Source of the DNA: a virus
Lineage: Duplodnaviria > Caudoviricetes
Length of the DNA: 59,491 nucleotides
Strand: one strand, 5' to 3'
IMG/VR virus record: IMGVR_UViG_3300049045_000044
Span: 1 to 59,491 of that record
In this document: one piece after another, positions 29,743 to 38,171 of the stretch
Position numbering within the stretch: position 1 is the stretch's first letter
How the letters are laid out: each line of letters begins with the position of its first letter
Translations under genes and position numbers: made by a program
Notes under the pieces: generated by a model
Told to the model about the DNA's origin: nothing
Databases searched by the model: none
What the model saw: the letters and a program-made list of their open reading frames with translations, nothing else

Positions 29743-29994
29743 ATGACCAAGTTTTATGAACCAAGCGAGGTGAAGGAAAAGGGGAAGCGGGTGTATTGTG
29801 GCTCAACACGGCCGAACTTCCAGGGAATACTCGTTATGGTACTGGAAAGGTTTGGTTATGAGATTGCCGCAGATGTTTGCAAGGTAGAAGACTTCGCTTA
29901 TTTCGATAATCAATACGGCCGGGGTATGTGGATGAGCCGAACTGTCTACGAAGTACCAGAAGGGGCTATTATCGAGAAGGATTTAAGGCCATAG
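29743..29994 (+). CDS. Hypothetical protein
   Basis: AGGAG RBS. Confidence 0.65.
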   Translation: MTKFYEPSEVKEKGKRVYCGSTRPNFQGILVMVLERFGYEIAADVCKVEDFAYFDNQYGRGMWMSRTVYEVPEGAIIEKDLRP

Positions 29995-30034
29995 GCGGCA
30001 AACGGCCGCATTGATTCAAAAGGAGATACGAACG

Positions 30035-30301
30035 ATGAATCTTAGAGTATGGTGGATTCCACAAGTACCGATGGTATCATTTTACCAGGACGTACAGACA
30101 TTGGTAGAGGGCAAACTACTGCTTGACACTCTGGCGCGTTATGATTTGTTTCAGCTTGAGCATAACGTCAAGCCCGACTTCTCTAATGCGGGCGGCCTGC
30201 AATACTACGACGAGCAGGGGGGCGAATGGCTTGATTGGTATGACGAAGACGGGGAGGATATTGATTCCTTCGATTTAGAGGAATGGCGGGCGAAGGAATA
30301 G
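30035..30301 (+). CDS. P22 gp17-like (superinfection-exclusion-related) protein
   Basis: LRVWWIPQVPM..F...V....EG..LLD.LA.YDLFQ....KPDFSNAGGLQ...EW.DW. Confidence 0.75.
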   Translation: MNLRVWWIPQVPMVSFYQDVQTLVEGKLLLDTLARYDLFQLEHNVKPDFSNAGGLQYYDEQGGEWLDWYDEDGEDIDSFDLEEWRAKE

Positions 30302-30340
30302 CAAACGGTAAAATAAATCTAGTCACTTTCACCAAAATGA

Positions 30341-30373
30341 AACGGCCGGACTATCCCACGTAGCCCGGCCGTT
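30341..30373. terminator. Hairpin terminator between convergent operons
   Basis: AACGGCCGG.CTA / TAG.CCGGCCGTT stem; U-rich tail on the minus strand. Confidence 0.65.
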
Positions 30374-31218
30374 CTTGCGTCTATTTAGCCCCTTGTGCCG
30401 ATTGTTACGCCTTCCTATGCCGCATCTATCCCCCAAAGCCCTTGCGCGCCCAAATAGCCCGGTTGTGGGGCAGGTCTACGGCCGTGTCCCTCTGCCGCTT
30501 GCCGACAATATGCGCCATTGGTGTGTAGGCGGTCGTGAACCACCACGCGCGGCGGCGGGTAGCGGGCGGCCCGGTAGAGTTTGTAGAGGCTGAATAGCGC
30601 GACGGCCGTGCCCAGAAAAATAAAGCTGGCTAGTAATTTCGTGGTGTCTCCAATAGTGATAACTGATAGGGCGCGTCCGGCCTAATGCAATGCGGACTGA
30701 ACCAAATACACTCCTGTTCATTATTGCCGTTTTTACCACTTTTCCTTTGATTACCATAGCCCCCGTTTGTTTTCCAGCGATAACATTCCCAGGTGTCAGG
30801 CATAAAGCGGCCGTGTTCTCTCTCGTAGCCGCAAAGGGCAATCAACATCAGAGGGTTGTCGCCATTCGCCAATGCCCACTCGCGCACGGCCGTAGACACC
30901 GATAAATCATCATGGGCGTACAATCCCCCCTGTCGGGAAGCATCGGCATTATAGGGAGGATCTAATAGCACGGCCGTTTTTCCCGTCAGGTACGTAACTG
31001 AGGGGCCTGTAACTTGAGTCCAATCACCGCAAACAACCCGTACATAGCGCAACCTATCGGATAATGCCCGCATATAGGCGTACAAGTCTTGACGTTCGGT
31101 TGGGGGCCGTTTCAAGATACCCTGTTCGCCGCTGTGCTGCGGCAAATCTACCCGCTGGTTGATTGGTTTTCGTTGTGCCTGTATCCCCTGATGCGGCCGT
31201 AGGTGCGGCCGTTGCTCC

Positions 31219-31251
31219 TGGGGTGCAGGGAATTAATCGCCCTGCACCCCA
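31219..31251. repeat. 12-bp inverted repeat around a 9-nt loop containing the stop codon
   Basis: TGGGGTGCAGGG-AATTAATCG-CCCTGCACCCCA. Confidence 0.95.
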
Positions 31252-31283
31252 CTCAATCGCGGCACTTGTCGGGATGGCATATT

Positions 31284-31315
31284 CAGGGCGGCGCGGAGGA
31301 CTCCGCGCCGCCCTG
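31284..31315. repeat. 15-bp perfect inverted repeat with 2-nt spacer
   Basis: CAGGGCGGCGCGGAG-GA-CTCCGCGCCGCCCTG. Confidence 0.95.
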
Positions 31316-31942
31316 CCATCTCCGGTATCTGTTGTGACGGCCGGTTGATGCCCATGCCGGCGTCTCCCAAGTGGGGTCTCTGTAAAGAGACCCGGCTTGC
31401 CGTCTCTTTAATCTCGCAAAAACCCGACCCGATCCAGCAGCTCTGTCCCCATGCGTACCATCCTGCCCGCTTTACATCGTAGTAATCAGGATCGCTCCTC
31501 ACCCGCTCGATAAAACCATACGGGCTATCCGGGTTGTAGGAATTGCGCCAGCCCAAACGGTAGGCCGCTTCTAGTTCTGGTGTGTTGATTTCGGCCGGTA
31601 ACTCTTTTGGTTCAGGTACATAACCGACAAGCCAAGCATGGCGGGCGGATAAATCGGCATGGTTGACGGGATTATCGGCATAGTGGGCCACGCCATCGGG
31701 ATCGTGTTTGATTGCCCTGAACAGATTGGCGATAAAGGCAAAAGCATCGTTTACCGTTTCAATACGGTAGGGATTGCCAACGGTAAAGCGGCCGTCCTCT
31801 ACGCTCCAATACGGTCGTTGCCACAGTGTAGCCAAGCTGCCCATGAACGGATCAACTAGGTTCATCGGATCGCCAAAGCGTTGCCAGATGGCGGGCGCAA
31901 CGCTTGACTTTCCACCGTAGTAGGGAATAGGGGCGCGTAGTT

Positions 31943-32560
31943 TCACTCCCTCACCCCCTGCGCCAACAACTCCGCCCGCAACACGGCCGTATCTTCACCG
32001 GACAGGACGCGCCGCACATCGGGCGTACTTTCTATCTGATTCCCCCACGAATCCCATCCCGGCCGTGTGCGCCGGGCGAACAATTCAAGGTACGGGCCAG
32101 ATAGCGTCTCTGCATAATGGTAAATGCTTTCGGGCTTGCGACTGTGGTAAAGGTTGGGAGATAGCAAGCCAATAAAGCCGTTGGGCGGGGCCTTCACCTT
32201 GCCCCGCCGTGCAATGAGCAATGGCTCACTTGCTCCACGCGCCCAAAATCCGATGCCATACGGTACGCTTACCTCGATTTGCCCCCATAGATTAGGCGAT
32301 ACATCCGTAACCTTAATCCAGGGAAAGCCCGTCACATACTTAAAGCCCCATGCGGAGATCAACTGCATGGCCTCTGTCATTTGCGACCATGTTGTCCATA
32401 GAAGCAAAACGGCATTATCCTGGGCCATGCCCGCGACCGGAAGGGCGCAAAGTTCTTTGATTGACATAGTCGGGTATATCAGTTCGGCCGCGCCCCTGCT
32501 CCCAGCATTGTCATATTGCCAGGGCGGATCGGCCAAAATCACACTATATTTGTTTTTCAT
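31943..32560 (-). CDS. MT-A70 family adenine methyltransferase
   Basis: ILADPPW, YPTM, LLLWTT, WGFKY, HSRKP, YLELFAR..RPGWDSWGNQ. Confidence 0.93.
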   Translation of the reverse strand: MKNKYSVILADPPWQYDNAGSRGAAELIYPTMSIKELCALPVAGMAQDNAVLLLWTTWSQMTEAMQLISAWGFKYVTGFPWIKVTDVSPNLWGQIEVSVPYGIGFWARGASEPLLIARRGKVKAPPNGFIGLLSPNLYHSRKPESIYHYAETLSGPYLELFARRTRPGWDSWGNQIESTPDVRRVLSGEDTAVLRAELLAQGVRE

Positions 32561-32901
32561 AGTCTCAACTCCACTTGCCGAGCGCACTTCAAGCACGGCC
32601 GCTTCCCTTCCGGCGGCTTAGGATAGCCAATCGCGTCATAACTCATTAGGGAGTGGCAGCTATAGTCATACGCGCCGCTTGACCCTACGGCCGGAAAGAC
32701 TAGGTGGTATACGTCCGTTTTACTGTTGGCAACATACCAGTAGCCAGCCTCGTCACGCTTACCCCATGTCTCCAACCGTCGCGGCAAGATACGGCCGTTG
32801 TTCATTATCTGCCGCAGGCACGACCAGCAAACGAGTACCGGCGTGTGCCTGAACGTGTACGAGATATGGGCGGGATTGGTGCAGTAGGTGCAGGCATTCA
32901 T
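32557..32901 (-). CDS. Cys-rich hypothetical protein
   Basis: CxxC pairs; ATGA-coupled. Confidence 0.6.
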   Translation of the reverse strand: MNACTYCTNPAHISYTFRHTPVLVCWSCLRQIMNNGRILPRRLETWGKRDEAGYWYVANSKTDVYHLVFPAVGSSGAYDYSCHSLMSYDAIGYPKPPEGKRPCLKCARQVELRL

Positions 32902-33182
32902 TTGCCACCACCAGAATTTACCAGTGATTGTGCTCGTCTAAGCCGCTCATTCTCCGCTTCCAACTCTGCAACCCGCGATAACAACGCTTCCATATCCGTG
33001 TACCGCTGTCTGGCCCGTTGATTGATATGCGCCCGTCGCAACCCAATCCAAAACGGCCGATAGTGTCTGCCCAACTTCACCTCTTGCTCGTATTCCAGCC
33101 AATGCGCGTTACAGACAGGGATTTGAGCGGCCGTTGTGGTAGCGGGACTGTTGCACATGACGCAGGTGGGATTGTGGTTCAT
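32898..33182 (-). CDS. Hypothetical protein (Zn finger plus coiled coil)
   Basis: CVMC..CNAH; ATGA-coupled. Confidence 0.6.
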   Translation of the reverse strand: MNHNPTCVMCNSPATTTAAQIPVCNAHWLEYEQEVKLGRHYRPFWIGLRRAHINQRARQRYTDMEALLSRVAELEAENERLRRAQSLVNSGGGK

Positions 33183-33625
33183 TGCCTCCTTACTCCTCTG
33201 GAAACATCGGCCGTTGCCTTCTCCATCGCTACCGCTACTAAATCAATACCGACAACCTGCGCCAGCGAGAACAGTACAACGGCGCAATCAGCCATTTCCC
33301 TTTTGAGCGCGTCCATGTCAATCTCGATACCTTCCCATGTGCGCTTGTCGCCGTGATCAAACAGAACCCTGCTGCGTTCGGCCGCCAGACTTAGTTTCTT
33401 CCAGGGCCAAAAAATGTCAGCACCGGGGACAGCGATTGTTGCGGCCGTTTCGCCCATCTCCTCTATGAGTTTGAGCAAGTGACGGCCGATTAGTTCATCC
33501 CGTGTCCAGTCACCTACATAGCCGCGTGCCTCAATCGCTTTGTAAATCCTTTCCTGCGGCGACTTATCGTCACCCGTTACGGCCGTTCTAAAAATAGTCA
33601 GGTGTGGAGCCTCGTCTGTTCTCAT
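33179..33625 (-). CDS. MazG-like NTP pyrophosphohydrolase
   Basis: LKLIEEMGE ... REMADCAVVL (ExxE...ExxD). Confidence 0.65.
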   Translation of the reverse strand: MRTDEAPHLTIFRTAVTGDDKSPQERIYKAIEARGYVGDWTRDELIGRHLLKLIEEMGETAATIAVPGADIFWPWKKLSLAAERSRVLFDHGDKRTWEGIEIDMDALKREMADCAVVLFSLAQVVGIDLVAVAMEKATADVSRGVRRQ

Positions 33626-33816
33626 TGTTCCCTACTCCAATCATCATAAACGGCCGTTTCCCTCTCTAGCTGGTAGGCAGCTTCGCAAACGGGATTGTCG
33701 CATACCTCAAAATCCGCGTTACGATGATTCGCTATATGATAGTCCGATGCGGCCGCAATAATCGCCATGACGGTTGACTCAGTAACGGTAAATTCTCTCT
33801 CGGCTATTTCATCCAT
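33622..33816 (-). CDS. Hypothetical protein
   Basis: AGGAG RBS; coupled. Confidence 0.6.
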   Translation of the reverse strand: MDEIAEREFTVTESTVMAIIAAASDYHIANHRNADFEVCDNPVCEAAYQLERETAVYDDWSREQ

Positions 33817-33964
33817 TTCCTACTCCTATCAAAACGGCGGGCATTGCCCATGATTGCCAAAATACAAATTGCGAATACGGCGAATACGGCCGCAACCAAC
33901 ACACCGCGAATAGTGACGGCCGATTGCCAGCCTGTACCAATTCCCGATTCTGGTTGCCATTCGA

Positions 33965-34153
33965 TTAAACATTGCTCATTTCCTCCTGAACCTTGCTCAA
34001 ACTATCCTCACTCGCCTCAAACGCCCGGCCGCCCGGCAACATCACCGTATAGATTTTACTCGCCCCTACTGGCGGTGTAATTACTTTAGCGGTAAACGTT
34101 CCCCTTTCCGCTGTCACCCGTACCGTTTCGTTGAATTTGAACTTAGCCATCAT
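33965..34153 (-). CDS. Small SH3/KOW-like hypothetical protein
   Basis: KFKFNETVRV...YTV...SEDSL. Confidence 0.6.
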   Translation of the reverse strand: MMAKFKFNETVRVTAERGTFTAKVITPPVGASKIYTVMLPGGRAFEASEDSLSKVQEEMSNV

Positions 34154-34162
34154 TTTCTCCTG

Positions 34163-34702
34163 TCAATCAAACAACAATCTCTCTAATTCCAACTGATTCG
34201 TTTCCAGTCCATAAAGCCGATAGTTTTTCGGATGCACGGCCGGGATACCTTCACCGCTCTCTATTTCCCATCGGTACTTTTCAACCTCGTAAATATCTAG
34301 CTCCTCTCGTTTCCTCGTCCCGTTCCACTGTTGCGGCCGTGAAGCGTCATACTGTTTCCAGCCTGCGCCGCGCAACGATGCGCCCGACTCCGTTTTGAGC
34401 GTGTAGGTAATCATTTTACGGCCGCCCATTGCTTTCCAGGCCCGCCATGACGCGCCGTACAGAAACGAATTAACACCCTTCTGGGCATCAGGCAGGGCGC
34501 ACAGTCTCAATACCTCGGCCGTATAGCCATTGTCCAGTGCGCGGGCGATAGGACGGCCAACGATAACCACCGCTTGCAGTACGTTGCCCGACAATGCGCC
34601 AATAGCGAACAATGCACCCGTTACCCGGCCGTTGTGCCGGTGGTGTTTGTCTACGACCTCATTGGCGTATTTAATCGGGATAGGTATGGCGGTTAGTTTC
34701 AT
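34163..34702 (-). CDS. XF1762-family protein (Mom-related GNAT fold, putative DNA modification)
   Basis: ANEVVDKHHRH, VGRPIARALD, EVLRLC, SFLYGA, ITYTL..ESGASLRGAGW. Confidence 0.8.
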   Translation of the reverse strand: MKLTAIPIPIKYANEVVDKHHRHNGRVTGALFAIGALSGNVLQAVVIVGRPIARALDNGYTAEVLRLCALPDAQKGVNSFLYGASWRAWKAMGGRKMITYTLKTESGASLRGAGWKQYDASRPQQWNGTRKREELDIYEVEKYRWEIESGEGIPAVHPKNYRLYGLETNQLELERLLFD

Positions 34703-34822
34703 CCCCTCACCTTATCCGTCGCAACCTGTAGCGCAATATCACTATCGGCCACATACAGCCGCCTCGCGTTGTCACCGTGTTCGGTTGCCATCATTGCCAC
34801 GTCCGGCCGTCCCGTCTGGTGA

Positions 34823-35416
34823 CTAATCATGCGTTGCTTCATCATTTTGGTTAATGTGTTTTACTGGCACGGCCAGCTTTTCAGTTACGCTATTGATCCC
34901 CGCCATCACTCTGGCCGCACTATTCCCCGCCGCTAACTGAGCTACATAGTTTTGTACCTGCGGCAACATACGCATATCCGAACGTTGCCGCTCCAATAAA
35001 ACTTCATAAACCTTGAGGAAATGCGCCCGGTCTGCCATCTGATTCTCAGATAATCCCAACTGCCGCCAGCCCCCCATTGCCTCTACTGCACGATGGATAA
35101 TTGCCGGTAACTCCTCTTTGTTTCGACCACGCCAAACGGCGCACACCTGCCCCCAGGCTTCACCGGCCGATGGAACGCCATTCGCGCCGTCTTGCAGGTC
35201 AAAGGCAGCTTGTCTCAGTTCGGCCGCCGATGGGAAAAATGTCGCTCTACTTCCCAGGTCTAGCGCAGCCTTTTCTAGCAACTCAAGCGGTATGTCTCTT
35301 AGGATGGTCAAGTATGCCTTGATAGTCGGTTGGGTTAGTTCAAACTTAGGGTACAAAGCCCCCAAAAAGGCCAACACCTTGATAATGGCTTGATCCTGTT
35401 CAGTATAATTGCTCAT
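34823..35416 (-). CDS. Replicative helicase loader/inhibitor (G39P-like)
   Basis: LGALYP.F...AY..IL.DIP, FFPSAAELR, AGEAW, GGW..L, DRAHF; follows the initiator. Confidence 0.75.
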   Translation of the reverse strand: MSNYTEQDQAIIKVLAFLGALYPKFELTQPTIKAYLTILRDIPLELLEKAALDLGSRATFFPSAAELRQAAFDLQDGANGVPSAGEAWGQVCAVWRGRNKEELPAIIHRAVEAMGGWRQLGLSENQMADRAHFLKVYEVLLERQRSDMRMLPQVQNYVAQLAAGNSAARVMAGINSVTEKLAVPVKHINQNDEATHD

Positions 35417-36255
35417 TAGTTATCTCCTAATGCCTGTCTGATGGCGGCAAAACTCTTTGGTTCGGCCGGGGGTTGACCGTTGCTAGTTCCCACTTGCCAT
35501 ACTGATGGCATCCCTGATTTTTTCCACCCAGTTATTTTTCTGACAATCATGCCGCTATTTAGGGCAATGTGATTATTTTCCATCCAGGGATCGGTCAATA
35601 GCCATGAGGCACAAGCTAAAATTTCATCGGCCGTATGACCCCGGTCAAATAGCTTTTTAGCATCAGCCAATGTTTGCCCCTGATTGATTCCGTTTTGCAA
35701 TTGTTCAAGTTCCAGATAGAGGCCATAGGGCTTATTCCTGTCCGCATCTTTTGGCCCCTTTCCATTTTCCCCGCGCTTCCCGTTTTTGCCTGTCCCGTTA
35801 GGGACACTCTTATCTGTTTCTTTATCTTTATCTATATCTATATCTGTGTAACCTTTCGTTACAGACTCGTTACCAGCCTGTTCCACTATCGTTTCTTGTT
35901 CGTTTCCTTCTGGCGCGGGTTGCGTTACCGCCCGCTCTCTATGACGTTTCACCCGCTCGGCAACGGGAACGGCCGCCTGTCTTTTGGAGAAGTTTTTTAC
36001 CAACCATTGCCCGCTCTGGCACATTAGAATCCCTGCCCTTTCCAGTATGGTTATATCCGCCGTCAATTGCTCTTGGCTGATATGAAGCTCCCAGGCCATA
36101 TCCTCTACTGGCGGCAAGCAACCATCCCTACAATCCTGCTCTCCCGCCATCAGGAATAACTCAATACACCGCCGCCAGGCACTATCGGGCAACCTTCCCA
36201 TTTTGGGGTCTTTAAGAATATCTTGGTAGAGTTTGATCCAATAACCGGCGGCCAT
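35416..36255 (-). CDS. Phage replication initiator / replisome organiser
   Basis: YWIKLY.DIL.DPKM..L, NFSKRQ, ERVKRHRER, DIDIDKDKE linker. Confidence 0.85.
   Translation of the reverse strand: MAAGYWIKLYQDILKDPKMGRLPDSAWRRCIELFLMAGEQDCRDGCLPPVEDMAWELHISQEQLTADITILERAGILMCQSGQWLVKNFSKRQAAVPVAERVKRHRERAVTQPAPEGNEQETIVEQAGNESVTKGYTDIDIDKDKETDKSVPNGTGKNGKRGENGKGPKDADRNKPYGLYLELEQLQNGINQGQTLADAKKLFDRGHTADEILACASWLLTDPWMENNHIALNSGMIVRKITGWKKSGMPSVWQVGTSNGQPPAEPKSFAAIRQALGDN
35810..35950. repeat. Putative origin: 11-bp-phased iterons plus AT-rich tract
   Basis: CGTTWC at 35857, 35868, 35890, 35901, 35923, 35945 (TGTTCC at 35879); TTTATC/TATATC tract adjacent. Confidence 0.6.
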
Positions 36256-36263
36256 AGTATCCC

Positions 36264-36674
36264 CTAGTGTCCCAACACCTTAACAATCTGCTCTCTGGGT
36301 TGCCACTTCACCGACCACTGCTTAAACATCTTTAGGTGTTCGACCGTCCGGCCGTGCAGTTCAGAAAGTGCTTCATCCCTACAGCCCCATTCGCCATTGA
36401 CCTGTTTAACGACAAGCTGGCTATCGGTTAGGCATTGAATGGTAAAAGCGGCCGGGCTTAACCCCGCATGTTGACACTTGGCTATGATGTCACCCAAAGC
36501 AACTATCATAGTCATGTACTGTGCAACATTATTTGTACCCCGGCCGAAATGACATCTTTCTATTCGCCTATTTCCTGTCCTAGTTTCTATCTGATAGCTT
36601 CCGCTCATGGGGCCGGGATTACCAGAACATGCCCCATCACTAATGATTGTGTAATCAGCTTTTGTTGCTTCCAT
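36264..36674 (-). CDS. Ribonuclease HI-like protein
   Basis: SDGACSGNPG, TNNVAQY, TDSQLVVKQVNG.W. Confidence 0.85.
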   Translation of the reverse strand: MEATKADYTIISDGACSGNPGPMSGSYQIETRTGNRRIERCHFGRGTNNVAQYMTMIVALGDIIAKCQHAGLSPAAFTIQCLTDSQLVVKQVNGEWGCRDEALSELHGRTVEHLKMFKQWSVKWQPREQIVKVLGH

Positions 36675-37468
36675 TACTCAACCCATGTTTGATGAGCAAC
36701 TACTTTGGAGATGTTGCGCCGCGACACCCCAAACATCTCCCCTAAGTATTCTTGCGTGTATCTTCCCGTGCTGTGTAGCCCCCTTATTTGCCTGACCTTG
36801 TCCCAGGTTAGTTTTGCCCCTACGTGATTCTCTCCACAATAGTCACGCTTTTCATAATTCAGATTGTCGGTTTTCCAGGCAATACCCCTAACTATTCCTG
36901 AGATGGTATTTTGAGCTACGCCGAATCGCCTTGCTAGGGAACTCTGGCTAAATTCTTTGGTGCTATATAGCCTTCTGATTTCTTCAACTTGACCACTGTC
37001 TAGTTTAGAAAATCCATTATCCTCCCCCCTTAATGCCCTGTGCCTGTTCTTATTATCCCTGTCTGCGATATTATCTAGCTGGCTACCCAAGAATAGATGA
37101 TCTGGATTAACGCATGAAGGATTGTCACACTTATGGAGGACACAAGTCTTTTGCCCGGCCGTCTTTTCTGGTATTTCCCCCCTGTACAATTGCCACGATA
37201 CTCTGTGGGTTAGCTGCCCCTTCTTCCCCCCGACAGAGATTGATCCATAGCCGTTTTTGTCCTTAGTTCCTGTCCAGTTCCAACAATTTGAATTGGCATA
37301 CTCTGAGTATGGGCCGTCCTTGTCAATGGATGCTTCAAAGCGGGTACTTATATCCACCATTCTGGCACGGCCGGCACATTCCCTTCCGCAATAACGGCCG
37401 TTACCATGTTTTACCCTCGATGGGCCGACGTTGAATTGCTTTCCACAAAAACCACAGTTGACTTTCAT
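36674..37468 (-). CDS. HNH homing endonuclease with two C-terminal HTH repeats
   Basis: CWNWTG..GYG, HRVSW, VLHKCDNPSCVNPDHL.LG...NI.D; two KL....V..IR HTH units. Confidence 0.92.
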   Translation of the reverse strand: MKVNCGFCGKQFNVGPSRVKHGNGRYCGRECAGRARMVDISTRFEASIDKDGPYSEYANSNCWNWTGTKDKNGYGSISVGGKKGQLTHRVSWQLYRGEIPEKTAGQKTCVLHKCDNPSCVNPDHLFLGSQLDNIADRDNKNRHRALRGEDNGFSKLDSGQVEEIRRLYSTKEFSQSSLARRFGVAQNTISGIVRGIAWKTDNLNYEKRDYCGENHVGAKLTWDKVRQIRGLHSTGRYTQEYLGEMFGVSRRNISKVVAHQTWVE

Positions 37469-37471
37469 TCG

Positions 37472-37633
37472 CTAATCCCCCACCGAACCAAACGGCAAAC
37501 TATTCCAGTCCAGCCCCACAACCCCCGAAAACACCGCCTCCTCTCCCCACTCTTCCAACCACTCGCGCCAGTCAATTAGCCCTAATTCCTGGGCCAGTTG
37601 TTCAACGCGACTTCTAATGTCGTTTGTATCCAT
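37472..37633 (-). CDS. Small acidic hypothetical protein (53 aa, not in ORF track)
   Basis: MDTNDIRSRVEQLAQELGLIDWREWLEEWG...; lies between leader RNA and HNH gene. Confidence 0.55.
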   Translation of the reverse strand: MDTNDIRSRVEQLAQELGLIDWREWLEEWGEEAVFSGVVGLDWNSLPFGSVGD

Positions 37634-37654
37634 GTGTCACCCCATTGAGAGAAT

Positions 37655-37825
37655 AAAAAAACACCTGGGCTTAGTTCAAGCGGCCGGGCGGTGAGCGAAA
37701 GGGGTTTTTCTATTACTTGCCAGGGTAATAGCAACCGCTAACGAACCGCCTGAACTAAATACAGGTGTTTCCTTAGTTTACCCTTTCGCTCAATTTAAGG
37801 TGCATAAAGTCGGCTGGCAACCGAC
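37655..37825 (-). ncRNA. Structured 5' leader (A-B-A'-B' attenuator-like), copy 2
   Basis: A 37792-37781 / A' 37703-37692; B 37770-37746 / B' 37683-37659; U-tract follows. Confidence 0.55.
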
Positions 37826-37831
37826 AATTAA

Positions 37832-37859
37832 ATTATACACAATTGCCCGCTTTCGTCAA
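37832..37859 (-). promoter_or_regulatory. Internal promoter upstream of replication genes
   Basis: TTGACG-16-TATAAT. Confidence 0.7.
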
Positions 37860-37904
37860 CCAACTCACCGGCCGATTGTGCGGTGTTGCGCGGATCGGTG
37901 GTGG

Positions 37905-38171
37905 TCATTGATTGGCCTGTCCAAACAAAACGCCTTGCATAGTATCGCCCGCGACAATCTGCCCATGCGTACAAACCTTGTCGGGTGACATTGGGGAAAG
38001 CTGCACATATTCATCCCAGGTATGAAGCTGCACGAGAAAACCCGCCTTGATCATGTCCTTAACTTGCGTTGCCACCCACATCCTATCGCTATGGCGGTAG
38101 CTTGTCGCCTGAACCGCGCAACCACAGGGCTTGTATCCAACGTAACAATGAGTAGGTTTACTTTTGTCCAT
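37905..38171 (-). CDS. Hypothetical protein
   Basis: YVGYKPCGC motif; in operon. Confidence 0.6.
   Translation of the reverse strand: MDKSKPTHCYVGYKPCGCAVQATSYRHSDRMWVATQVKDMIKAGFLVQLHTWDEYVQLSPMSPDKVCTHGQIVAGDTMQGVLFGQANQ

Larger units (their letters stand above)
30630..31946 (-). pseudogene. Dam-like (D12/alpha-class) DNA adenine methyltransferase interrupted by one in-frame TAA (31233-31235)
   Basis: PYYGGKS, DPFMGS, TVND in the 5' part and LLDPPY in the 3' part; the two ORF-track pieces are in the same frame. Confidence 0.85.

Noticed and set aside
31233-31235. Stop-codon reassignment, readthrough or frameshift as the explanation for the split methylase
   Set aside because: TAA terminates many clear genes here, both halves are already in the same frame, and loop inversion explains both the stop and the disrupted repeat motif
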